From the NCBI GenBank assembly GCA_040382515.1, contig JBEIFH010000002.1, forward strand, positions 29,806 through 93,805: a stretch of 64,000 nt of DNA. The letters are read 5' to 3'. Shown piece after piece: positions 18,940 to 27,773 of the stretch (its first letter is position 1; each line of letters opens with the position of its first letter). A program made the position numbers and the translations under genes. The DNA is from Chlamydiia bacterium. Lineage in GTDB: Bacteria > Chlamydiota > Chlamydiia > Chlamydiales > RGXB01. The notes under the pieces were generated by a model. That model saw only the letters and a program-made list of their open reading frames with translations. It ran no database searches and was not told the DNA's origin.

Positions 18940-19593
18940 ATGAAGAAATACCTCATAACAGGAATGATCATCCTTCTTCCGCTCGCTGTAACAATAGGAT
19001 TGGTGGCCTTTATAGTAAAGCTGCTTACAAATCCTTTTGTAGGCTGGGTGACAAATTTCCTGGAAATGCACGATTTGCACACCGGCAAGATCTTTTTATT
19101 GAGCCAGGAACAGATTATTTTAATTCTTGCCCAATTGCTGATCCTTTTATCGTTATTTATCTTCACCCTATTTTTAGGGACGGTAACAAAATGGTTTTTT
19201 ATAAAAACAATCATCGATTCATTCGATGCCCTTTTGCTTAAAATACCTCTTGTCAACAAAATATACAAAACTTCCCAGGAGATCATCCGCACCCTTTTTT
19301 CCTCCGAAAAAAATTCGTTTAAAGAGGTGGTTCTGGCACCCTACCCCAATAAAAATACGTATACCCTTGGGTTGATATCGAGAGATGCTCCCAAATATTG
19401 CTCAACCGCAACTGGCAAAGACTTGATCACTGTATTTGTTATGACGGCACCTAATCCAACTACAGGATATCTCCTTTTGTTCAAGCGTGAAGAGCTGATA
19501 CCCGTAAACATGAAAATTGAAGATGCGGTGAAATATATTATATCCTGCGGTATCCTTTTACCCGATTCTTCAAAAGAGAGAGGGCCCGAATGA
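18940..19593 (+). CDS. DUF502-family membrane protein
   Basis: Two N-terminal TMs, IPLVNKIYKTSQEI, and APNPTTGYLLLFKREELIPVNMKIEDAVKYIISCG, the typical DUF502 C-terminal signature. Confidence 0.7.
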   Translation: MKKYLITGMIILLPLAVTIGLVAFIVKLLTNPFVGWVTNFLEMHDLHTGKIFLLSQEQIILILAQLLILLSLFIFTLFLGTVTKWFFIKTIIDSFDALLLKIPLVNKIYKTSQEIIRTLFSSEKNSFKEVVLAPYPNKNTYTLGLISRDAPKYCSTATGKDLITVFVMTAPNPTTGYLLLFKREELIPVNMKIEDAVKYIISCGILLPDSSKERGPE

Positions 19594-20186
19594 GACAATC
19601 GTTTATTACAGGCTTACTACTTTTGATCCCATTGGCAATCACATTTTGGGTTGTTAAGGTGTTTTTTGATCTCCTCTCAAATCCGCTTCTGACTTTGATC
19701 TCTCCGTTTGTCGATGCGATCAACCAATCCTGGGACCACCCCTATATTTTGCATTTTCTTGCCCGGATCTGCTCCATTTTCATCCTTTTTACGGGGGTGC
19801 TTTTGATCGGATTTATTGGGGAGCACCTTTTTGAGGGGTGGCTCCATAGGGCGATCGATGCCGTTGTATCCAGAATGCCTGTTGTAAAAACTGTGCATAA
19901 AGTGATCAAAGAGGTTTTGAAGCAGTTTACTACAAGCTCGCAATCTCCTTTGGAAAAACCCTCACTCATTCCCTACACTCTCGACACAAGCTACATCGTC
20001 ACCTCCCAGCTCCCGAAAGTACCGGTAGAAATCCAATCGCTCATTCCGGGATTTAAAGCCTACTATCTCCCCACCTCCCCGCAACCTCTGCATGGGATCC
20101 TCCTTTTTTCAAAAGAGGGCAAACAACTTGATACGAACTCCGAGGAAATGATAAAGTTTATTATTTCCTGTGGTGTGATTTCATGA
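19590..20186 (+). CDS. DUF502-family membrane protein, tandem paralogue
   Basis: Same architecture: MPVVKTVHKVIKEV, then TSPQPLHGILLFSKEG..LDTNSEEMIKFIISCG. ATGA overlaps on both sides. Confidence 0.65.
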   Translation: MRQSFITGLLLLIPLAITFWVVKVFFDLLSNPLLTLISPFVDAINQSWDHPYILHFLARICSIFILFTGVLLIGFIGEHLFEGWLHRAIDAVVSRMPVVKTVHKVIKEVLKQFTTSSQSPLEKPSLIPYTLDTSYIVTSQLPKVPVEIQSLIPGFKAYYLPTSPQPLHGILLFSKEGKQLDTNSEEMIKFIISCGVIS

Positions 20187-20593
20187 ATGTAACCCTTTTT
20201 AATGTGAAAAAAAAAGCGGACACTACCGCTAAAATTTTGACTATATGCCGTAAAGCGGCAGAAAAAAAGATTTACCTCCAGATATGCTGCCCCAATCAAA
20301 AAGCGGCGGTTTTTTTAGATGAATTTTTATGGAAATTTTCGGGAGAAGTTTTTTTACCCCACGCTGTAGATGAAACCCATACGATTGAACCTATTTTGGT
20401 CAGCCTAAAAACAGAGTTGACAAGACCTTTCACCCACGTTTTATGGCTTTGCCCCACCCCTCCTCCCAAAGAGCTGCGATGGGTACACCTATACGATTTT
20501 GACGATGAAACGTCTGTGGGCTCCAGAGAAAAATCGCAGTCCAGATACCATTTTTATAAAGAGCTCGGTTGTAAAATCTCCCTTTTAAGCTAA
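20183..20593 (+). CDS. holC: DNA polymerase III chi subunit-like protein
   Basis: 136 aa. The pattern K.AA.KKIYLQICCPNQKAAVFLDEFLWKFSGEVFLPH parallels the HolC core (....L.A.DE.QA..LDE.LW......F.PH). Confidence 0.6.
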   Translation: MNVTLFNVKKKADTTAKILTICRKAAEKKIYLQICCPNQKAAVFLDEFLWKFSGEVFLPHAVDETHTIEPILVSLKTELTRPFTHVLWLCPTPPPKELRWVHLYDFDDETSVGSREKSQSRYHFYKELGCKISLLS

Positions 20594-20664
20594 GTCTTTA
20601 TCGGGTATTAAATTTTTTATTTTAACCCATCTTCCCCTTTTGCAGGACGGACCGATTTTTCAAG

Positions 20665-20693
20665 TTGATTCATAACGGTCGAGTTGGTATACT
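20665..20693 (+). promoter_or_regulatory. Sigma-70-type promoter candidate for the small-protein/ybeY operon
   Basis: TTGATT (20665-20670), a 17-nt spacer, then TATACT (20688-20693), about 30 nt upstream of the first small ORF. Confidence 0.45.
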
Positions 20694-20723
20694 CTTTTTA
20701 AAACTTTTAGACTGGTATCAACC

Positions 20724-20885
20724 ATGGTAAGAATCAGCAAACAACAAGAAAGACGTTCCGTTTCTCCACGTAAACTTGCTTACAAACGCAAAATCACGAC
20801 CGGACCACTTCCTCAAAAAGAATTGAAGAGTAAGGTCAACGCGATCCAAAACGGAAACATCGCAGCTTTCATTCCTCAACTTTAA
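20724..20885 (+). CDS. Small basic ORF (53 aa), hypothetical
   Basis: MVRISKQQERRSVSPRKLAYKRKITTGPLPQKELKSKVNAIQNGNIAAFIPQL. Not in the track. It sits between the promoter candidate and the next small gene. No family recognised. Confidence 0.3.
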   Translation: MVRISKQQERRSVSPRKLAYKRKITTGPLPQKELKSKVNAIQNGNIAAFIPQL

Positions 20886-20908
20886 CGCTTTATTCATAGG
20901 CTTTTAAG

Positions 20909-21061
20909 ATGTCAAAACATACAAGTTACGGAAAACGTTTCCAAGCTCAGGGTGCTAAAACAGTTCTCCCGAGATATGAAAGGATCGCTATCCTCAAAAA
21001 AGAGGGTCGCCTCGAAAAAGACAGCCGCAAAATTACCGGCTTGCCAAAAACCAGGACCTAG
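20909..21061 (+). CDS. Small basic protein of the type seen in Planctomycetes/Verrucomicrobia/Chlamydiae
   Basis: 50 aa, not in the track: MSKHTSYGKRFQAQGAKTVLPRYERIAILKKEGRLEKDSRKITGLPKTRT. It has the family-like pattern VL.R.ERI..L........I.GLPK.R at the C-terminus. The stop abuts the ybeY GTG. Confidence 0.6.
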   Translation: MSKHTSYGKRFQAQGAKTVLPRYERIAILKKEGRLEKDSRKITGLPKTRT

Positions 21062-21511
21062 GTGAACGTCGAAGTTTTCGATACCCAAAGATCTCTTTTG
21101 GTTTCAAAAGAAAGGGTAGTGCACATTGTTGAAACTACCCTCGATTTTTTAAAAATATCCACAGATTGTATCGCAGTGCACCTTGTTTCGAAAAAGCGAA
21201 TCAAAGAGCTTCACAACCAGCTTTTTAACGACCCCTCTATCACCGACTGCATCACCCAGCCTTTCGACCCCCCAAAAAATAAGAAAAACCCCCATTTTCT
21301 AGGCGAAGTTTTCATCTGCCCTTGGGTAGCTAAGACCTACGCAATCTCCAATAAGCTCGACCCCTACGATGAGCTCACTTTATATATTATTCATACTATT
21401 CTCCACTTAAGCGGCCTGGAGGACACCACCCCCGAAAAAGCGGATAAAATGCGTATTGCAGAAAAAAAAGTATTGGAGCATCTAAAGAGCAAGAACGTGC
21501 ACCTTAAATGA
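21062..21511 (+). CDS. ybeY: Endoribonuclease YbeY (rRNA maturation factor)
   Basis: Zinc-binding motif region IIHTILHLSGLED (H..LHL.G.[DE]), size about 150 aa, followed by a CorC-type gene as in many bacteria. Confidence 0.85.
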   Translation: MNVEVFDTQRSLLVSKERVVHIVETTLDFLKISTDCIAVHLVSKKRIKELHNQLFNDPSITDCITQPFDPPKNKKNPHFLGEVFICPWVAKTYAISNKLDPYDELTLYIIHTILHLSGLEDTTPEKADKMRIAEKKVLEHLKSKNVHLK

Positions 21512-22833
21512 TAGCTTTATTTATAATTTCCTCCCTTTTTTTGCTAGGTTCCATAGCACTTGCAGCGATCATGACCGCTATAGAGAAAATTGGGTATCTT
21601 GAATTCAAGGAAGCGCTCAAACGCCACCCCTATACCTTTTTCATCCTGGATATTATCCAAAAAACGAATAAAGAGGACCGGATAGACGAGGTCTTAAATT
21701 TCATTTCCCAAACCTACCAGATCGTTCGGCTCTGTTTTGGAATTTGCGGCACACTCCTCATCGTCTCTTTTCCCAACTTCAGACATTTTATATCCGAGGG
21801 GGCCCAAGGGCTTGAATTCACCTCCCTTTTTGTATTGTTCATCGTTTTTTCCCTTCTGTTCCTTACGACAATCTTAGACACCTTGACCCACATACTCACG
21901 TCAATAGTCCCCTACTCGGTCCTAAAAATTTTATCCTGGGTTGCCTATATATTCCTGGTTGTGTTGTATCCTATAGTCTCCCTCACACTGAGGGCTCAAA
22001 GGAGACTATCCAAGGGGGAAGACACCTCAGGATCACAGGGAGCCGAGATCCGCTTCAGGCGTCGCCTCATCGAACTTTTGGATGAGACCGACAGTGAGAA
22101 AAGTCTGGACGACGAGGGGCAACGGATCATGATTGCCATCTCAAAATTGGGATCAAGGCTCTGTAAAGAGGTCATGATTCCCAGAGTGAATATCACCTCG
22201 TTGAATGAAACTACCTCTTTTAAAGTCGCAGCCGAAGTTTTTCTAAAAGAAAACTATAGCCGCATCCCTATTTACCACAATTCTCCGGATGACATTATCG
22301 GCGTTGTCCATTTTAAGGATCTTTTTGGCAAGCTTCACGAAAAACAGGACGGAATTGTCAAAGATCTGGTACGCCCCGTACTTTTTTCTCCTGAGACAAA
22401 AAAGATCTCTCTTTTGCTCAAAGAGTTTCAAAAAAAACAGATGCACATGGCGATCGTCATAGATGAGTACGGCGGTACAGAGGGACTCGTCACCGTAGAG
22501 GACATCCTTGAAGAGATTGTAGGCGATATCTTTGACGAGTACGACCATGATGAGATTGTCCATAAGATCGACCAAGATACCGACGGCTCTTATTTAGTGG
22601 ATGCCAAGATGAATCTGGTAGATATCGAAGCGATTACCGGGATAGTTTTTCCAAAATTACCCGATTACGATACCCTAGGGGGTTTTGTGTACCACAAAGC
22701 TGGTACCATTCCCGAGATAGGATATAAGATATTTTTAGAAAACTTCTCTCTGGAAGTGATCAAGGGAAGCGATCGCCTGATCGACAAAGTACGGTTGACC
22801 CCGGCCCCCTCACCCGAAAGTTTTTTCGAGTAG
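21508..22833 (+). CDS. CNNM/CorC-type protein (DUF21 + CBS pair + CorC_HlyC), third paralogue in the window
   Basis: VMIPRVNITSL, SRIPIYHNSPDDIIGVVHFKDL, MAIVIDEYGGTEGLVTVEDILEEIVGDI, and C-terminal DTLGGFVYHKAGTIPEIG. ATGA overlap with ybeY. Confidence 0.85.
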   Translation: MIALFIISSLFLLGSIALAAIMTAIEKIGYLEFKEALKRHPYTFFILDIIQKTNKEDRIDEVLNFISQTYQIVRLCFGICGTLLIVSFPNFRHFISEGAQGLEFTSLFVLFIVFSLLFLTTILDTLTHILTSIVPYSVLKILSWVAYIFLVVLYPIVSLTLRAQRRLSKGEDTSGSQGAEIRFRRRLIELLDETDSEKSLDDEGQRIMIAISKLGSRLCKEVMIPRVNITSLNETTSFKVAAEVFLKENYSRIPIYHNSPDDIIGVVHFKDLFGKLHEKQDGIVKDLVRPVLFSPETKKISLLLKEFQKKQMHMAIVIDEYGGTEGLVTVEDILEEIVGDIFDEYDHDEIVHKIDQDTDGSYLVDAKMNLVDIEAITGIVFPKLPDYDTLGGFVYHKAGTIPEIGYKIFLENFSLEVIKGSDRLIDKVRLTPAPSPESFFE

Positions 22834-22967
22834 CCTTAGCAAAATCTACATCGGTTGTATTACAAACATTAAAGTAAGCAAACTTCCTTAGGCTGTGAAA
22901 AAAAAGGCTCAAAATAGAGCATAAGCACTCCCATCAACTTCCCTACTGAACTTGGATGTCTAAATTG

Positions 22968-22996
22968 TTGACGCCGACAAAAAATCTTGTTATCCT
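22968..22996 (+). promoter_or_regulatory. Sigma-70-type promoter candidate upstream of the 582-aa gene
   Basis: TTGACG (22968-22973), a 17-nt spacer, then TATCCT (22991-22996), 30 nt before the ATG at 23026. Confidence 0.3.
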
Positions 22997-23025
22997 TAGG
23001 GCTTATTTTTCCCTAGGATATCTTC

Positions 23026-24774
23026 ATGGCCCGTGCCGTAACATTCGTGGAACCTAAACAAATAGCGGCCGGAGCTAAAGCTTCCTTCCGTTTTTTATTT
23101 GTTACCGATATTACCCTGCCCCAAAAATGTCTGCTCCGTTTTGATTTAGGGATTATCGACCCTGAAAAAGATTTTGAGATCCCTTCTACAAACCTTAAGG
23201 ACCAGCAAAATTGTATTTGGCTGACACTAAGCGATGGAAAAGTCGTTGAAGGGAAACAAAAAAAAGATCTTCAGGGGCGCCCCGTGTTCGATTTCGTCCT
23301 CCCCAAATCGGTAGAGGTAGGCGAAAAACTCATGATAGTTCTTGGGTCCCAGATAGCCGAAAAAGCGAAAGAATTTGGTACCAGAGCACCCCTTAAATCT
23401 CAAAGAAAACGTCCCATCCACCTTTTCATCGACCCTAAAGGAAAGGGGGATTTTGCCGATCCGTATGTATTTAATCTTGATATCAAAGGGGCGGAGCTTA
23501 AAAACATCCGTATTTTAGCCCCCTCATTAGTATCGAGAAACCAGCGCTTTGATGTCGTCGTCCGTTTTGAAGATAAATACTCAAATTTGACTTCCAACGC
23601 ACCCGAAAACACCCTGATTGAATTTTCTCATGACAGACTTCGAGACAATCTCAGAATGCGCCTTTTTGTCTCGGAATCGGGAGTTACCTGCCTGCCTAAC
23701 CTCTACTTCAATGAGCCGGGAGTCTACCGCCTAAGCTTTAAAAACACCCTTACCGGAGAAGTGACCCAGTCTCATCCAATTTTTTGCCAGGCGGAGGAAG
23801 GGGATCAAGCGTTTTATGGTGTTTTCCAAGGGATGCGCTCCATCGAGAGCCTTGATCAGGTAGAGTCTCTACTTCGAGAGGCCCGCGACACCGAGCACCT
23901 GCAATTTTTTTCTCTATCTCCTCAGGATGCCGAATCGGAGACTAGCAATGAGTTGTGGAAAGAGATCCAAACGTATACTACCGAATTCAATGAGGAGGAT
24001 CGCTTCGTCGCCTTCTTAGGTTTTACTTACAATACCCAGGATCCAGCCGAAGGGACTAAAATCATCCTTTTTTCAAAAGATCAAAAACCGATCTACAGAA
24101 AGAAAGAGACTAAAACATCCTCTTTATCGAAAATTTTAAAAGCACACGTTCCAAAAGATCTTTTCGTGATTAGCCTTGACCCATCGGCCAAGTTTGCTGA
24201 GGAATTCGAAAAAGGGATCGTCTACCATCCGAATAAGCACAAAGAAATTTTCAAACTCTACGACGAGGGGAAAAAATTCGCCCTTATCGGCGAGGATTTG
24301 ACCTGTATTTTAGCAAATCAGCTGAATCGTGATACCCTTATAACCGCCATCGAAAACCGAAAAACTTTCGCCTCGGCCAAAGGGAGAATGCTGGCCCAGT
24401 TTTCAATTGCAACACAACCGATAGGGTCGGTATTAACAACAAAAACGCGTCCCGGTCTAATGTACGTCCGCCATTTAAAAGGGTTTATAGCAGGCAACCG
24501 CCCCTTTAAAGAGCTGACTATTTACCGCAATGACACCCCGGTCGTAACTCTTAAAAACCTCGATTCTTTTATCGACTTTGAAGAGTATGATGAATCTCCT
24601 TTGAATAAATCTTTGGTCCACGAATCCCATGGTATCAGGTTTTGCTACTATTACCTAAAAGCCGTTCAGGACGATGGGGCGTACCTAATCACCTCCCCTA
24701 TCTTTATTGAGGACAACGAGCACCAAGAAACCGACGAGACGCTTAATAAGAAAAAAGCGACAGTCAAAAAGTAA
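23026..24774 (+). CDS. Hypothetical protein: N-terminal beta-rich region plus PHP/CehA-like domain lacking the metal ligands
   Basis: A long ORF with its own promoter candidate and terminator. Segments FYGVFQGMRS, LQFFSLSPQD, FLGFTYNT, ALIGEDLT....L.RDTLITAIENRKTFAS and the C-terminal YYYLKAVQDDGAYLITSPIFIE follow the order of PHP-family motifs, but the His/Asp ligands are substituted. Confidence 0.6.
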   Translation: MARAVTFVEPKQIAAGAKASFRFLFVTDITLPQKCLLRFDLGIIDPEKDFEIPSTNLKDQQNCIWLTLSDGKVVEGKQKKDLQGRPVFDFVLPKSVEVGEKLMIVLGSQIAEKAKEFGTRAPLKSQRKRPIHLFIDPKGKGDFADPYVFNLDIKGAELKNIRILAPSLVSRNQRFDVVVRFEDKYSNLTSNAPENTLIEFSHDRLRDNLRMRLFVSESGVTCLPNLYFNEPGVYRLSFKNTLTGEVTQSHPIFCQAEEGDQAFYGVFQGMRSIESLDQVESLLREARDTEHLQFFSLSPQDAESETSNELWKEIQTYTTEFNEEDRFVAFLGFTYNTQDPAEGTKIILFSKDQKPIYRKKETKTSSLSKILKAHVPKDLFVISLDPSAKFAEEFEKGIVYHPNKHKEIFKLYDEGKKFALIGEDLTCILANQLNRDTLITAIENRKTFASAKGRMLAQFSIATQPIGSVLTTKTRPGLMYVRHLKGFIAGNRPFKELTIYRNDTPVVTLKNLDSFIDFEEYDESPLNKSLVHESHGIRFCYYYLKAVQDDGAYLITSPIFIEDNEHQETDETLNKKKATVKK

Positions 24775-24781
24775 GGTCTTT

Positions 24782-24818
24782 AAAAAAACATCGCTCTTCT
24801 TAGGGCGATGTTTTATTC
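24782..24818. terminator. Bidirectional rho-independent terminator candidate
   Basis: Stem aaaacatcgc/gcgatgtttt with a 10-nt loop. It is flanked by an A-run upstream and a T-run downstream, and lies between convergent genes. Confidence 0.6.
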
Positions 24819-24917
24819 TAGAACCTCAACTTCTCCTCCCTACCCTTTTGAAAGATTGACCCAAGCACATATATGAGCCGGTCTCAAAACAAGTAAGGGT
24901 ATAACAGCCCTATTTTT

Positions 24918-25316
24918 TTAGATGGTGCTTTTCTTTATGAAACAGCTTAAAAAAAAATCGCAGCAGCAGTTTTTTGAATCCTCTTCTTCTTGCTGAGGCG
25001 TCTCAGGAACTGAAGATTTTTCCACACATTTTGGCTCCGTCAGCATCGTATTCTTTTTTACAGGAAACTCCCTTAATTCAAAGATCGGATCTTTCGACTG
25101 ATCCGGACCAAGGGCCACTTGATCGACAATCTTTTGTATTTTTAAATTAGTTTCCTTGGATGTTTGTTTGAAAGGTCTCTCCTTAGAATCGGTGATTGAG
25201 CCCAAAATGACCGTACCTTCCAACTCTTCATCAGAACTTTCGTGCTTTTCCATATCTATAAAGGTAAACTCCTCCCCACCTGCCCTCAATTTCTGTCCTG
25301 AATTATCCGGAATCAT
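24918..25316 (-). CDS. Hypothetical acidic protein with Cys-rich hydrophobic C-terminus
   Basis: 132 aa, no signal peptide, E/D/S/K-rich, ending in ..EEEDSKNCCCDFFLSCFIKKSTI. Confidence 0.45.
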   Translation of the reverse strand: MIPDNSGQKLRAGGEEFTFIDMEKHESSDEELEGTVILGSITDSKERPFKQTSKETNLKIQKIVDQVALGPDQSKDPIFELREFPVKKNTMLTEPKCVEKSSVPETPQQEEEDSKNCCCDFFLSCFIKKSTI

Positions 25317-25515
25317 ACTCGCCTCTTTTTTGCTGCATCCACTATTTAGGATATTTTCTTATGAAGATTAAAATGCTCTAGGTTTTTTTTAAATTTCTAC
25401 AAGGTACTCCAAGGGATCCCTATCCTAGCTTGAAAATTTATGTCAAAACCAACCTGGAACTTTAAAAGATCTTTAAGGTTGCAAACCATAGCTTAATTAA
25501 ATATTTATTGGTAGA

Positions 25516-26130
25516 ATGAAATCTATGCAAAAATCTATCCTACTCGCGTCTAACTCTAAAAGACGTCACCAGATTTTAAATAAAGTTCACGTAAGACATA
25601 CGATCAAGCCCTCCTATTTTGACGAAGACCAGGTCCCATTAAGCCTGAGCGTAAAAGAGTATTCCCTTGAAGTTGCCCTTAGAAAGGGGGAATCTGTGGC
25701 CAAAACCTTCCCAGATGCCTGGGTTTTATCTGCCGATACGTCAGTCCATTTTGAAAATTGCCACCTCAATAAACCTAAATCGATGGCCGAGGCGCATCAG
25801 ATGCTCTTTAAGCTCCAAGGCAATGAGCATATTGTCTCTTCAGCTATGGCGCTTTATCATAAAAATAGGGTGTTTTCAATTGCACATTTCAACAAAGTTT
25901 TCTTTAAACCTTTAAAATCGGACTGGATTCGATATTACCATAGTACTATAGATGTATTAGATGCGGCTGGAAGCTATATGATTGATGGTTTGAGTTCTTT
26001 ATTTATCGAAAAGATAGAGGGAACTTTAGAATCTGTTATGGGACTTCCTGTACACTTATTAGAAGATCTTATAGAAAAACATGGAGGTAACCTGTGCGAT
26101 TTTACCGAATTTTCCCTCTCATTGCCCTGA
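25516..26130 (+). CDS. maf: Maf-like nucleoside triphosphate pyrophosphatase
   Basis: ILLASNSKRRHQIL, VLSADTSV and GSYMIDG...IEKIEG...VMGLP. Confidence 0.85.
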   Translation: MKSMQKSILLASNSKRRHQILNKVHVRHTIKPSYFDEDQVPLSLSVKEYSLEVALRKGESVAKTFPDAWVLSADTSVHFENCHLNKPKSMAEAHQMLFKLQGNEHIVSSAMALYHKNRVFSIAHFNKVFFKPLKSDWIRYYHSTIDVLDAAGSYMIDGLSSLFIEKIEGTLESVMGLPVHLLEDLIEKHGGNLCDFTEFSLSLP

Positions 26131-27773
26131 TTTTATTTTCCCCCATCCACCCCATATCAGAAGCCGCTCAAAAACAAATCCTCCATCTAGCGGCAATCGG
26201 AGAGGTGGACGAAGCTATAAAAAGTTATCTTTTGCATTCTAAAGCAACGAAAGAACACTCGATCGACATTTTAGAACAAATCGGGACAAGAATCATCCAG
26301 CTTGGATTTAAAACACAAGAACCCGACACCTGCCTTTTATCCCTTTTCGGCGCAAACATAGCCCGACTTCCCGTTGATCGTAAATTTTTGACCCGCGCAT
26401 TTAGAAGCTCCAACCCCCTGCTCCAAAGCGCCGCTTTGCAAACACTTTCCATGGAAGAGATGGACGACACCGAATCGATCCTAAAAGAGGGGGTAAAATC
26501 GGATTATTTAATGATCAGACTAGAAACTCTCTTTCAGTTGGTTCATCGCCACTCAAGACACGCTATGGGTCTTGTCGAGTCATTAAAAAATATCCTACAT
26601 CCTCAATTGCATTTTGTTTTTCCGGAGTTTTATGCTTTGGATGGAACAGACGAATCGATCAATATTTTGAAACAGATGACCCATGACCCCAATATCCACG
26701 TGAGGGTGAGCGCTATTTTATCGGCAGTAAAATACGACCGAGATGCCCTTTTGCCGGTTATAAGAGCTGTTGTTACCCATCCCCACCCCATTGAGCAGGA
26801 GGCCGCAGCTTTGGCTCTTGGATTTTTCAAAGATATTGATGCGAAACCAAAACTGGAAAGACTCTTGAAATCTACTAGTCCCGATGTGAGGCTAGCCGCC
26901 TCCCTTTCTCTCTTGAAGCTCGGTTTTTTCGAACATAAAGACGAAATTGTAAAACTTGCTAAAGGGGGGCACCCTTTTGCAATCTCTACTTTGGGCGAGG
27001 TGGGGGGTGGCACACAGGAATTACTCGAACATTTAAAAAATCCGCATCACATCACTCGCTACAGAGCCGCTTACGCTCTCTTAAAACAAAGGGATCCGCG
27101 ATGCCTCTCGACGATCACAGAAATTCTCATTACCCCGTCGCATGACCTCAACCTAGTCCCTTTTTTCAGTCCTGCAAGAAGCCTCTCTAGCTTTGAATCC
27201 TACTTCGGACCTATCAAAGAGGTGGAGTTAAAAAACTCGATAGCCGCCTATACTAACCACATTAAGCAATCGATGCTTATAGATGCTCTTGATTTGGGAG
27301 AGCCCTATTTCCTCAATATTGCGAACACCCTCATCTCTTTAAAAAAATCGGAAATGATCCCGATTCTTGTCCGCCTGCTCGAAAATTTGCAATCAAAAGA
27401 GGCCGTGGAGCTATTGAAAAAATCAACACAAATGCCCGGAGCCCCCTTTATCCGTTCCTATGCGAACCTGGCTATGTACCGTTTAGGCAACTACAAAGAA
27501 TTCGATAAATCAACGATGGACTTTGTTCGCGACTCTGTATCCAATGAAATGATCTCTTTCCAACCTGTCGACCTCGATCCTAGGAACAGAAACAAGGCCA
27601 ATCCATTTCAACTCACCCCTTCCGAAAGATCGCAGCTTCTTTTGGAGACATTCGAAGCTCTTTTAATCCGGCACGAAACTGACGGAATCGACCTTATCTT
27701 AGAATGTATCTTGAAAGGTCACCCCAATAATCGTTATGCCTTAGCAGGATTGTTACTTAAGATGGTGCAGTGA
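26094..27773 (+). CDS. Secreted/periplasmic HEAT-repeat protein, function unknown
   Basis: GTG start with GGAGG 8 nt upstream. Signal-like N-terminus MRFYRIFPLIALILFSPIHPISEA. Repeated HEAT-like units (DPNIHVRVSAILSAV, SPDVRLAASLSLLKLG, HHITRYRAAYALLK). Confidence 0.7.
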   Translation: MRFYRIFPLIALILFSPIHPISEAAQKQILHLAAIGEVDEAIKSYLLHSKATKEHSIDILEQIGTRIIQLGFKTQEPDTCLLSLFGANIARLPVDRKFLTRAFRSSNPLLQSAALQTLSMEEMDDTESILKEGVKSDYLMIRLETLFQLVHRHSRHAMGLVESLKNILHPQLHFVFPEFYALDGTDESINILKQMTHDPNIHVRVSAILSAVKYDRDALLPVIRAVVTHPHPIEQEAAALALGFFKDIDAKPKLERLLKSTSPDVRLAASLSLLKLGFFEHKDEIVKLAKGGHPFAISTLGEVGGGTQELLEHLKNPHHITRYRAAYALLKQRDPRCLSTITEILITPSHDLNLVPFFSPARSLSSFESYFGPIKEVELKNSIAAYTNHIKQSMLIDALDLGEPYFLNIANTLISLKKSEMIPILVRLLENLQSKEAVELLKKSTQMPGAPFIRSYANLAMYRLGNYKEFDKSTMDFVRDSVSNEMISFQPVDLDPRNRNKANPFQLTPSERSQLLLETFEALLIRHETDGIDLILECILKGHPNNRYALAGLLLKMVQ

